NCBI RefSeq assembly: GCF_048593235.1
Contig: NC_133622.1
Coordinates: forward strand, 251,476,055-251,540,054
Length of the DNA stretch: 64,000 bases
Direction: 5' to 3'
DNA from: Sminthopsis crassicaudata
Lineage: Eukaryota
Part shown: one piece after another, positions 10,667-22,122 of the stretch
How positions within the stretch are numbered: position 1 is the first letter of the stretch
How the letters are laid out: each line of letters begins with the position of its first letter
The notes under the pieces: generated by a model
What the model was told of the DNA's origin: nothing
Databases searched by the model: none
The model's input: only the letters and a program-made list of their open reading frames with translations
Made by a program: the position numbers and the translations under genes

Positions 10667-13216
10667 CCTCAGGTTTCCTCTTCTGTGGGGACACTGCCAC
10701 CTTGGCCTGGGGAAGAGAAAAAGCAATCTGTTCCCTTGCTGCCCCCCCAACCCGAGATCCTCACCCCGTCAGGGACCCAGCTAAGGCTCACCCAGGAAGC
10801 CGGCCCAAGAGGTGGGATTCGAACCCAGAGCCCGGACTCCCACCCTAGGCTTCCGGTATGAGCCACTGTTGAATTTTAAAGGAAGCCCCAAGGGAGTCCT
10901 CAATGCTGGGTGGGGAGGGGAGAGGTGCCTTCTGGGGTCAGCAACCCCCGTGACCTCTGCCTCCTGGTCCCTATCTCTGGCCCTTGTATCTCCCTCCCAC
11001 TATCTGCCCCCCACCCCCCAGCCTCAGATCCCTCACTGCCCTATTCCCACTCGCTGCTGAGTGGTGCTGCTGGGCATCCCAAAATGGAGCTGAGCGCTCC
11101 CTCTTCACCATCAGACCCTCCCCCACTTCCCAGGGATCCAGTGGACCCCTCCATGCACAGGATTCTGGGGTCTGGCCACCCCAACTCACTCAGCAGAATC
11201 CATTGCCAGAACGCACCCTGTCTCCCCCCTGACCCAGGATGGTCCCGGGTCACCTCCCTCTCAGCACCAGGAGCTCCCACAATCCTCTCTCTGAACCCTG
11301 ACTCTTGGAGGCCCATCCCCCATCCTTGCTTCCTGGCTCCCCTGGGGTCTCAGCACATGTCCAGCTTCCTGGTCTCCTTCAATTCCAGGATTTTCTTTCC
11401 TTCACCACCTCCCCCATTAGATGGGAAGCACCTGAGGGCCAGTACCCCCAGCACTGCCCGACCCGGTGGGACCCTCCAGCCAGTCTACCCACCCCATCCC
11501 CCCCGGCCACTCGGACTCTGCCCCGGGAGCCCCCCCCCCAATCAGTTAGGACATGGCTCATCTTCCTACCTTCTTAATGGCCGTCCAGTCCTCCAGAATG
11601 TCCATGTCCTCCAGCATGTACACTATATAAGGTCCTGGAAGAGAAAAGTCAAGGAAAGCAGAAGCTGGGCCATGGCCCCTCTCTGGCTCCTTCGCCACCC
11701 AGAGCCCCAAGGCCCTTCCAGCCTCTGAAAGCTCCCAGGGGGAAGGTCTGCCTGTGTATCTGCAGCCCCCGCACATGGTGGGCACTCAACATGGCACTCC
11801 CTTTTAATACTGTGACGTCATGTGGCCTGGCCCCCTCCCCTCAGGACACTATAGAACAGGCTTCAGTGACTTTGAGGAAGGAATTCCAGATGTGGAAATT
11901 CGCTCCACTGCTGCTGATTGCAGCGCAGGGGGACCCTCAGGCCGTGGTTCCTCCAGGCGGCTGCCTCTGGGGAGGCCGGGCTCATTTCCCAGGAAGGACG
12001 TGTGGGCAGACCCAGATTGGAGCCAGCCTGGGGCGCCCAGCCCGGAGCATCCCTCCCCGTCCTCCTATGGCTGGAGCCCTCCCGCAGGGCACAGGCCCCT
12101 CCCCGGCCCCCCCCAGTGTAAAGATACCAGAGACCAGGGGCGCCTTCTTCCTCTTCCCAGACTGCAGGGACTCCCAGGACCTCGAGCTCCCTCTTGGGTG
12201 CAGCTTGTCATCCCACCATTCTGTACCAAGAAGGCAGGGTCAGCAGTGCCCCAGGCCCGCCTCCCCTCCTCCCAGCCCCCTCCCCAACCCCCCAGCCTCA
12301 CCAGAGTTGATGTCGATGCTCCGCCGGTCCTCCTCCAGCCGCTGAATCCGCTCCTGGAGCTCCCCCTGCAGGGCGTCGTACAGCAGCAGCCGCTCACTCT
12401 GGAAAGGGCACTGGGGGGTTAGGCTGGGGCCCGGCCCCCCCACCCCCCACCCCTCGGCCCCCCCTCACCTCCAGGTGCTGCCGGGCTCCCTGAAGCTCAC
12501 ACTCGTACTTGTTCCTGATCACGTCCAGACAGAAGCCCTTGTAAATGCCTGGTGGGAAGGGGAGAGGGGATCTCACCGTGGGCACGGGGCACCAGAAACC
12601 AGCACCCCCCACAGAGGAAAGCCAGCACTCACCTGCCACCTGGATCCGAACCTTGAGGCTACGTTGCAGCCCCCCCAGCGGCTCTGTGTACTCGGGGGCG
12701 CGCTCGGCCCCGACCTCCTCCAGCCGGAAGCACACCTGGCTCAGCCGCTCCTTGAACAGCCTGAGAAACCAGAGTTAGTGGTCGCCCCCAGGACCCTCCC
12801 CGCCCCCCCGACCCCTCGGCGCACTCACTTCTCCTTCAGTTCGGAGAACTGCTTCTCCAGGTCCGACATCTCGTCAAGGCACTCGACCCGGCGCCGCTCA
12901 CAGTCCTCGTCGTCCATGTCTGTGGGACAGGAGGCCGATTGGGGGCGGGTGGGGGGGCTAGTGTGCTGCTGGTGTGTGGGGGGGTGGCGGTCAGGGGTCC
13001 AGCACACGGCCAATCGGAGGGGCGTCTGGCATGGGGCAGCCCTGGGGGAGGGGTACAGGCAGCCTTACCTGAGCTCTCCCCATCGGACTCAGTCTGGCTG
13101 GCGCTCTGCTCGTCCTCGCTGCCCTCCTCCTCCAGCCCGTTCATCTCCGGGGCAGAGTCCCCGTCCCCGTCCGCCTCCATGGCCCTGGCGTCTTTGCTCA
13201 AAGGCTGGCCTGACAT
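10667..13216 (-). CDS. BRMS1: Breast cancer metastasis suppressor 1 (SIN3/HDAC complex subunit), confident coding exons
   Basis: Exons (minus): 13216-13069 (ATG at 13216; acceptor at 13222), 12919-12829, 12760-12633, 12548-12469, 12398-12302, 12220-12128, 11634-11570, 10706-10667. Peptides [83 protein letters not shown] and VSPQKRK match BRMS1, and phases are continuous. The stop-containing last exon is ambiguous (see next feature). Confidence 0.95.
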
Positions 13217-15559
13217 CTCACCCTGAAAAGAGGGAGGGGCTTTCAGGACCACTCAAGGGGCTGGAGCAAAGGAAGTACCCCTGGGGGGAGGGGGAGATGC
13301 CATTTGGGTGGGGGGCATTTCCTGCCTGGGAGACTCAGGCCCTGAAACTGCCCTGCTCCAGCTCTAGCTTCCGGCAGGGGTCATGGGGCCTCTTTTAGCC
13401 ACGAGCCTCTGCTCAGAGAGGGCCGAAGGCCTCGTGTTCGGGGTGTCCGGGCTAAGGCCAGGCAGCAAGGCCCTTGCCCTGGGGGCTTGCCCAGCACTAT
13501 GGGGGTGCTCAGAGGTCCGGGGTCCAAGCCCTGGGGAGAGCACAATCCGCCTGAGGCGAGTCACTGCCCTTTTCTGCCTTGATTTCCTTGTCAGTAAAAT
13601 GAGAGCTGGGTCCCTTCTGAGTAGAAATCTAAGAACCTATGACCTTGGGCGGGCCTCAGTTTCCCTTCGGGGTCTTTAGGGAGGAGGTTCTCAGAACAGA
13701 ACCAGGAGCCAGCTACAAACAATCCACAGGCGCTGCTCCTGCCTTGGGGAGCTTCCATTCAAATGTAGGGGAAGTACTTCTAGGTGAGGGGGTGAGATGA
13801 GCAAAGTACTTCCAGGTAAGGGGAGGATCCAGCCAGGGGAAATGGGAAGGGGCAGCTGGCTGGGGCTGAACTTAAGGGTCCCACAAAGAGAGAAACATGA
13901 TATGGGCTCAGGGCCTGGAGTTGAGGGACTCCAAGCTCACTTCTAGAGGGAGACACCATTTCCTGACCAGAAACACAGAGGAAAAGGGGGATCCAAAGTC
14001 CTGTTCCGCCCCCTCCCCAGGCCCCCATCCCACTGGTAGGAGCCTGGATTCCCGGACTCCCACAGCCCCAGCAAACTCCCCGTGGAGGAGTTACAGGAAG
14101 GCGCCTGGCACAGGCCTTGGGAGGTCCAAAATTCGCTCTTCCAGGGCCCTAAAAGGTTAATTAAGAACATTTCTGGAGCCCTGCAAAGGCCGACAGGCTT
14201 CTGTTCCTGCATTTCAATCTGCTTCCCAGCTGTGAGCTGAGCCAGACACTTCACCCTCTTTTGCCTCAGTTCCTTCATCTGGAAAATGGGCTGGAAGAGC
14301 CGGCTGACTGTTCCAGCCCTGTTGCTAAGAAAACCCCCAAATGGGGTCAGAGAGTTGGGCACGACCGAACAGTCCTGGCGGTGTCGGGGCGCACCCCTTT
14401 AATGGCTCCCCCACACCTATTTCCAGGGCAGGTTGGCCCAAAGGCCTGGATGCCCTTCACAGGCCTTGGGACCCTGATCTGTGGGCCGGCCCAAAGCACT
14501 TGTGCGCCCTGCGGTAGGCCTGGTGAGGCTCAGCCAGCCTCTGGGCCTGCCCCTACAACCACCGGACAAGGGGCCCGCTGGCTGCTCTCCCAGAGCAGGG
14601 CCTGTTCACCTCCAGCCTCTCGGCCCCACCCCTGGCTCTGCTTAGGCCAGCCCCTTTACCGTCTCACCCTTGGGACATCTGATGCAGGAGCCAGATCCTA
14701 AGGCCCCTCGGGCCCTGGCCCTTCCCAGGGGACTCTGGAGCTTCTCATCAGGCTGCTGCCCCCTTACCTCCCCAGCCCTCCCCCCTTTAGACCGTAAGCT
14801 CCGAGTTTGGCTTGGTCTCCCCAGCTTGGCACAGTGCCAGGCACACAGCCATGTAAGGTTGGCCAAGTGATGGGCCTGATGGTTCTGGGATCTGGCCTGA
14901 GGCCCTTGACCATCCTGGGTGCCAGGTGCAGGACCCTTTCCCGCTTCTTTATCCTTCATAAACGGCAGCCCACAAATCTGCCCAGGGCCTAGGCCCTCTC
15001 TGCTGAATCCTAGTCTGCCACCAAGCCCTGCCCAGCCAAGCCTTTCCCCTCCCCCTACCTCTGGGTGAATCTCTTCCTACCCCCCCCACACCTCCTAGTA
15101 ACTTTCCCTTCCCCCACCCTGCCTCTTGGCGCCTTTCCCCTCCCCCACACCACCTGGTGTCTTCTCTCCCCTCCCCCTGCCTTTTGGGGTGCTAGGCCTC
15201 TCTAGATTTGTGGGAGTCCTCAAGACGCACCCCTTTAATGGCTCCCCCACACCTATTTCCTATTGACCACCCCTGCAGCATCTTCTCCTAAATGGGGTCA
15301 GCTTCTGGCTAAGGAAAAGCCCCACCCAGAGAACCCATCCTTGGTGTCTCCACCTCATCCAAGTGGCTGAGGGGGAGGCGGTCTAGCCAGGTGGACGGGC
15401 GGGGGAGGGGCAGACCCAGGGTCCCCTGAGGCCGGCCTTCCCTTTCCTGCTCCCCCATTTCTGCGCTCTCGGCCCACGCTGGGAAAGTGACTGTTTGGAC
15501 CTAGGCTCGGGCCTTTCCATTTCTGCCCCACGGCCTGAGACCCTCGGAGACTGAGCCCA

Positions 15560-16520
15560 AGCCGGCCCGGCCTCGGCAGCCTTCCCACGTGCACGTGCAC
15601 CGTCGATGCAGATCGCGGAGCAGCCAGCCGAGGCCGCTCTTGGAGCCCACAGATGCGCGGGCCTCGAGTCCCTGGGCTCGCCGCCTCGGGCGGGGCCGGG
15701 GAGGGGGTGGGGTGACTGCTAAAACCTACGCACATTCTCCACGATCCCTCCCCGCCCCCAAGGCCCAGCATTCCTCCTCCCCCCCGCGGCCCCGGATGGG
15801 GGGGGAGGGGAGAGGTGGATGGGAAGTCCCGAGAGGGCAGGCCCGGCCTCGCTTTTCGGTAACCCGTAGGCCCCTAGGCCCGCAGGCCCACGCTCAATAA
15901 GCGTCGGTGAACGGAGCCTGGCGGGGGCAGTCCCGAGTCCGGCGCGGGGGCGACTACCCCCGATCCCGACCAACGTCGGAAGGGCGCCTCTGCGGGGGGA
16001 GGGGAAGCCCATTTTACAGAGAGGGGCACTGAGGCCCAAGGACTTGGCCACTACTCCAGGGGATACCCGGCCTGGGGTGCCCGGGGTCATGACCACCCTC
16101 CCCCGGCCCGGAGCAATGGTCCGGTCCGGGCCCGTGGAGCTCGCCCGGGGGGACGCTACTACCGCTCGCGCGGCGGCAAGGAGTGGGGGGTGCGGCCGAG
16201 ACGAACCTTTCGCCGCGAGTCTCGGATCCAGACGGCTGCTCCGGGGGTCGGGGGGTGAGGGGCAGCGACAGACGCAGCCGGCGGCGTCCCGGAAGTCTGT
16301 CCGGACCCCGCCCCCGGGGAAGGGCCGAGCACACCAGGACCCGCCCACCGAAGAGTGAGCGGGAACTCGCTAAATACGTCAGCGAGAAGCGCCGAACCGC
16401 GAGGCACTCTGGGACGCCGCCGGCGCCTGGTGTTTCCATAGCAACCGGAGACGCTCCCCTGGCCTTTTAAATTACCTTGGAGCAAGAGGTGGAAATTTTC
16501 CCCTTCCCTCCCGCAACCCG
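15560..16520 (-). promoter_or_regulatory. CpG island: BRMS1 promoter and non-coding first exon
   Basis: Dense CpG. X-box GTTTCCATAGCAAC at 16432-16445, CRE-like TGACGTAT on the minus strand near 16374-16381, TTTAAAA near 16466. It lies between the B4GAT1 poly(A) signal and the BRMS1 ATG exon. Confidence 0.7.
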
Positions 16521-16659
16521 GACCCCCGGGGCCCTCGCTCTGGGCAAACAGCTAGAGCAGCTGCCCCCCGCCCTCTTCAGGCTAGCCCTCGATATATGCA
16601 GAGAAGGGGTATCAAGGTTCCCAGGGCGCAAGGGACCCAATACTGACAGTTAACACAAG

Positions 16660-17240
16660 ACTTTACAGCCTCTTATAGTCTTTCACTCTGGGCCTCACAA
16701 CAATCCGGGAGTTGAAATACTAGACATATAATTATCACTACCATTTGACAGATGGGTATACTGAGGCTCCAAAGTGGTTTGCTCAGACGAGGGTCTGTCA
16801 CGACTTCAGACGTCCACCCTGATGCTGGAAGGGAACACCCAGACACGCTTGTCCACGTGAACACTGTTTATTGGCATATGATCATCCAAGTGAAAGTTCC
16901 TGGCTCTTTGGGATGGGGGTTTCCTCTCACCATCGGGGAGCTTTCCCCACCCATCCTGATTCCCTGGCTGGGCCAGTCACAGATGCCAAACCTCTGAGCT
17001 GGAAGGGACCTCCCAGCTCCCCTAGTCCAGTTCTCGACTTTTACAGACATGTCAACAGACTCAGAGAGAAAGGGATTTGCTCCGGGTCCCACAGCAAGTC
17101 CGAGGCATCGCTGGGATGTGTCTGGGACTGCCAACCTCCTTCTTTCCCTTACACCATCAGATTCATAGTTGAAAGGGACCTTGGTCATCTAGTCCAAGTC
17201 TCTCATTTTACTGATGGGGAAACTGAGGCCCAGAAAGGGG
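16660..17240. mobile_element. Ancient MIR remnants around the B4GAT1 3'UTR (other MIR/L2 remnants at ~2770, 13570, 20575, 27130, 30090, 31280, 40590, 54720, 56560, 62120)
   Basis: MIR core motifs CATTTTACAGATGRGGAAACTGAGGC and L2 3'-end motifs GTAGGTGCTTAATAAATG / TTCATTCATTC. Confidence 0.6.
16867..16872 (-). terminator. Candidate B4GAT1 polyadenylation signal AATAAA
   Basis: AATAAA on the minus strand ~720 nt after the B4GAT1 stop and just before the BRMS1 CpG island. Confidence 0.6.
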
Positions 17241-17593
17241 AGGAGAGTGTCCCGAGAAGAGCGGTGGAGGCAAAGGGCAGGGACCTAGGGATATGCAGAA
17301 TGAGAAGAATGAAGGACTTTTGGCTGCTATCTCTGAACCACAATTCAAGCTTCCTGAATTAAAGCTTATTTCTTCCCCCCCCCAAGTCCCCACTCCCTTT
17401 CTGTCTTTCACCCCATGGAATCTTACCTCTTGGCTTTGTCACATCAGTGCTCATCACCCACCTACAAAAGGCCCACCCCCAGGGGAAGGACCGGGTCAGC
17501 CCCTCTTGCCTCCCTCAGGCTTGAGGGGGCAACCTGAAGAGCCAAAGCCCCCAGCCCTGCCTTTGGAGGCCCCTCAATAGGTGGATCAGTAGC

Positions 17594-19041
17594 TCAGCAT
17601 CGCCTGGGGGAGTCTGGGTACTTCATCTTCAACTCCTGTTTAAACTGGCGGAAGAGGATTTTGTTGCGTTGATTCTCTGCCTCCTTCTGGGGGTGGAAAT
17701 CCCCTGGCATCTTGAAGCCCTTGTGGACCAGGAAAGCATCGTTCAGCACCTCAAACTCGTACCCTGCCACATGGAGTTCACAGGCCTGGCAAGGGAAGGG
17801 GGGAGGGGAAATAGTTAAATACTGGCTCCGGTTCCCTTCCCGGGGCCCCCTGCCTCTTACCAGACACCTTTCTTGGGGCCCCTTCCCTCCCACCCCAGGG
17901 CGAGAAGGGCTGGCACCTGGCTGATGCGGTTGAAGCCGTACTGGCGAAACCTCTCATCGTAGGAAGGCACTGCCCCTCCAGCCACATAGAAGGGCTCCCA
18001 GGGGTCCTGCCAGGTCACCCGATAGGCAGGGCGCAGGGGTCCCCCTGGGGGCAGAGTGAGCCATCGGGAGTAGTTGGTGGGGGCCTGGCATCGGGGGCAC
18101 AGTTCGGCGTAGAATGGGCGCACATGTCCCATCTTCAGGAAACGCATCAGCTCGATCTTAGTGCGGGGGACACGGACCCCCTGGCGGATCTCGAAGGCCG
18201 GCACCACCAGCGCCCTGCCGGCCTTGCCCTCGCCCAGGGCCAGCAGCTCCAGCAGGCCGGTCCAGAGCCCCTCGCTGGGCACCATGTCCACATCCACGAC
18301 GAGGGCGTGGCCGGCGCCCTCTCGGGCCACGTTCCGGAGCAAGTTGTTGGGGTAGGAGACGTTGGTGGCCAGCGCGTAGTTGCGGCCCGAGCGGCTCCGT
18401 GCGCCCAGGCTCGTGAACACGTCGCTGCAGCTGCTGATGCGCGCGTACTCCCCGGGTTCTCGGGGGTCGGGAACCGCGGCCTCAGTGCGTGCAGGGCACA
18501 CCAGGTGCATGGTGAGGCGGTCGCGCACGGCCTGCGTGCAGAGCGCGCCCAGCGCGTAGGTCAGCACGGTGGCCAGCTGCGCCTCCTCGGGGCGCGCCGC
18601 GAACACCGCCACGGCCAGAGGGCCGGCCCAGCGCTCCAGCAGCGTGCCCACATGGCCCAGGTTGCTGAGGCTGGCATGTGTGGCCAGCAGCAGGGCGTCG
18701 CGAGGGCGGCGTGAGGGGTCCCCCAGCACGTGCCGGTATACCCGGTAGTCGCCGCTGGCGTCCAGGGCGCCCCCCGCGGCCAGCACTGCCCGCAGCTGCT
18801 CCTTGGCACTCTCGGCGGCCCGGCGCTGCAGGCTGGCGCCCAGGGCCGCCCCGCCGGGGAAGAGCTGCCCGTAGCGGCGCCGCTGCTCGCGCCCGTGCAG
18901 TCCGGCCAGCAGCGACAGGTAGACGAACTGCAGCAGCGCCACGGCCAGCAGCGCCGCCAGCGCCAGCTTGTAGGCCGAGCAGCGGCCGCCCGCGTGCCCG
19001 CCGCCCGCCGCCGCCGCCGCCACCGCCAGCGGGTTGGGCAT
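17594..19041 (-). CDS. B4GAT1: Beta-1,4-glucuronyltransferase 1 (formerly B3GNT1), 2 exons, ~438 aa
   Basis: Exons 19041-17917 and 17785-17594 with a 131-nt GT-AG phase-0 intron. Type II TM segment, [21 protein letters not shown] (DxD) motif, [18 protein letters not shown]-like [15 protein letters not shown]|ACELHVAG and C-terminal KYPDSPRRC* match B4GAT1. Confidence 0.97.
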
Positions 19042-19992
19042 CGCGCTCCGCCCGGGCCGGCCGGGGCCGGGGGGAGAGGAGCGGGCGAGGAAGAGGCCGA
19101 GGCGGGCCGCTCGGAGGGAGCGCAGACGCTGCCGCCGCCGTCCCCGCTGCAGCTGCTACTGCTGCCGCCGAGAGCCCGTCACTGCGGATCCGCTGGGGTG
19201 CGCGAGCTCGCCCTCTGCCCAGCGGGAGGACGCACTGCAACCGCGCGCCCCCGTGGCGAGCCAGGCCGCTGCCTTCTGCGGCTGCTCCGGCCCAGTGATG
19301 TATCCGAGGAAAGGGATCTCGGTGGGGGGAGGGGGGGGCGATCGCCGAGCCCAGGGGCGCGGCCTCGCTGGCAAAGTCAACATTTCGGGAGGGGGCGAGG
19401 CACGGAGTGGGGGGGCGTGCAAAAGGGCCCCGCGCCTTCCTCCTTGCCTAAAGCAAGGGCGCGAGGACGGAAGCAGTTGCGGTGGCTGTAGTAGTGCCGG
19501 GAATGGGGAAGCTGCCCTGTGTGCGGCTCCCAGCGGGGAGCCCGGGCAGCGTGCTCGCCCAGGCCCCGGGAGGGCAGGGCAGCGACCTCTGCAAACCCAC
19601 TTCGGGGAGGGGGGGAGGGAGGACACAGTGCGCGCAGTGCAGCTAACATGGAAGGGCAGCCCCTGACACTGCGCCCCCTCCCGTTTGCACCCCCCGCTGC
19701 AACTGTGGCGGGAGGGGCGGGAGCGGACTTGCCCCGTTTCAGGAAACCGGGAGTGTGTATGGTGTGTGTGCGCGCGCGTGCGCGTGTGCTAAGTGTGTGG
19801 GTGTATGCGCGCGGTCCCTCTTTGCATCAGGAATCGCCCGGCCCGCCCGGCAGGGGCTCGCGCAGATTCTCCCGCAGTTCGGGGCCAGCGAAGTCCGAGA
19901 AAGAGGAAGAAGGAGAGGGGGAGGCGGGCGCAGTGCGCGCCGCCGCCGGGCGCAGGAACAAGGGGCTGCGCGGAGGAGCGAGCCCGCGGCGG

Positions 19993-20074
19993 GACGAGGT
20001 GGCCGAGTGGTTAAGGCGATGGACTGCTAATCCATTGTGCTCTGCACGCGTGGGTTCGAATCCCATCCTCGTCG
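19993..20074 (+). tRNA. TRS-GCT: tRNA-Ser (anticodon GCT), 82 nt, intronless, long variable arm
   Basis: GACGAGGTGGCCGAGTGGTTAAGGCGATGGACTGCTAATCCATTGTGCTCTGCACGCGTGGGTTCGAATCCCATCCTCGTCG. Acceptor stem GACGAGG/CCTCGTC, A box, anticodon loop CTGCTAA and B box GGTTCGAATCC are all present. Confidence 0.98.
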
Positions 20075-20085
20075 TTCCGTTCCCC

Positions 20086-20089
20086 TTTT
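20086..20089 (+). terminator. Pol III T4 terminator of tRNA-Ser
   Basis: TTTT 11 nt after the tRNA 3' end; a second T-run lies at ~20107-20112. Confidence 0.75.
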
Positions 20090-20366
20090 CCACCCGCCCC
20101 GCAGTAATTTTTCTCCTATGATCCCTTGCAAACCGTCACGCTTAGCGGGGGCTTTGGGCAAAGGAGCCGGGGCGCAGCGATGCTGCAGCTTGGCTCGGAG
20201 CCATCAGAGATAGGGCCCCCCTCCTTTTGATCCCTGCTGGATCCGAATCCCGAGGGATGGCTTCTGATGGGCGCTGCCCATCTCGTGCTCCTCCTTGACC
20301 CCGAGGTCAGCCTGGGGGGCAAACGCTGATGAGCCCAGAGGGGAGAGGCTGGAGATGCAGGGGGAT

Positions 20367-20416
20367 ACACACACACGCACACACACACACACACACGCAC
20401 ACGCACACGCACACGC
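20367..20416. repeat. (CA)n/(CACG)n microsatellite
   Basis: Direct reading of the sequence. Confidence 0.95.
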
Positions 20417-21947
20417 TCACTTAAGTTTACAGCTGCAAGGGATCTTAGAGGTCATCAGATCACCGTCCCCCACCCCCACCCCCCTTGCCGATAAAGGAAT
20501 CAGGTCCGTCTCTGCCTTAGCTACAAGGGTACACTCTTGGGAGCAGGCTTGGCTCTGTTTTGACTTCTGCTGCTAGCACACAGTAGGTGCTTAATAAATG
20601 CTCATCCACTGATTGAGCCTCCAGGCAGCCTTGTCCCTTTTGCCTGGACACTGGGAAGAGCTGAAGCTGATGACCTGGGCTTCCGTGACTCCCGAAGGAA
20701 GATGTGACCCTCTCATGTTCATGCTTGACTTGCTAGGTCCTTCCTAGCAGAGTCCGTGGCCCGAGAGGACAGCATCCTCCCTGCCCCAGAATAGATAGAA
20801 ACAAGGGCATTTATTAGCATCTGAAGGTGTGGGAAGTTGCTTACAGGCATTTTCATGTTTGATTCTCACAACCCTGGGAAGCAGGTGCTATTATTAAACC
20901 CCCTTTTCTAGGGAAGACACTGAAGCAAACATTAAGTGACGTGGCCAGGGTCACACAGCCAGTCGTGTCCTGGGATCGTGGAGTTGCCTGATCTAAGCCC
21001 CTCAGACATCAGAGGGCCTCTATTCCAAATCCGGCTTCTCTCTGCTAAATAAAAATAAAAATAAAAACCCTCCAAGCAAACCGACTAAAGGCTGTTACCC
21101 ACTCCCACTCTGACACTGGAGTTAATTCACACATTGGATTCGAATTTGAATTCAGCTGAAAGATCATTTATTGGGATGCCCCTTCCTGGGGCAGTTAGGA
21201 CTGGAGTCAGGAAAAGTCATCTCAGTTACTAGCTGAGTGCCTCAGTTTCCTTATCTGTCAAATGAGCTAGAAAAAGAAATGGCAAATCACTTCAAGTTTC
21301 TCTCCATTCCGATGGTGCCAGTGAACACAGATATCCCCTCCCAGGGCTCACCCAGCCTTGGCTTGCAGCAGTGTTGGGAAACGTATTACCTTTCATGACA
21401 GCCTGTTCCATTTTGACATGGCTCCTCTCATTGTTTGGAAACTTTTCCAGAAATCCAGCATAAGTCGACTCCTTTGCGCCCCCACCCCTTGCTGGTTCAA
21501 GCTCTGGGACCTAGAAAAGCCAGTCTGTCCTTAGCTTCTGGCCCATAGCAGCCTGCAGGTGCTGGGAAGACTACTCAGCTCACCATTTTGCCCGTCCCCT
21601 TCTCAGTTGAACAAACCCGGTTCCTTCCACTGAGCTTCATGGCCTCCAAGCCTTCCCCCACCCAGGAGGGCCTTTTGCATGGATGCTCACTTAGCAACCT
21701 CCTCCCTAAAATGCTGGACATGGGACTTTCTAAAAATATCTGGGACTTTCTAAAATATGGGGCACTGCCCACAGTGCTCCGAGGGGAAATCACGGATCAA
21801 CAGGAGCTAGGGACACTGAGGATGAGGCCAGAAGTGACCGGGGCAGGACAGATTGAAGGGGGAAACTGGGGGCTTCTTTTAATTTTACTCAGGAATGTTT
21901 GTTTTTTTTATACTTCATTTACTTCCCAATTATTCCCCCAATTTATC

Positions 21948-21971
21948 TGTGTGTGTGTGTGTGTGTGTGTG
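21948..21971. repeat. (TG)12 microsatellite
   Basis: Direct reading of the sequence. Confidence 0.95.
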
Positions 21972-22122
21972 CATAGCTGAGGGCAAGCATACAGCCCACA
22001 CCTGTAGTCCATCGCCTCTTGGCTAACAGGAAGTCCTTGTTCCAAGGTCCTTCATCTGGAATCAAGATTAAGCTAGTTCTGCTGTCCTTCAACATTGTCT
22101 CAGTTTGTGTTACTGTTGAACT

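Larger units (their letters stand above)
18100..20200. promoter_or_regulatory. CpG island spanning B4GAT1 exon 1/promoter and the tRNA-Ser gene
   Basis: Very high GC and CpG density, GC boxes, (GCC)n runs and an NRF1-like GCGCGTGCGC near 19773-19782. Confidence 0.8.
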
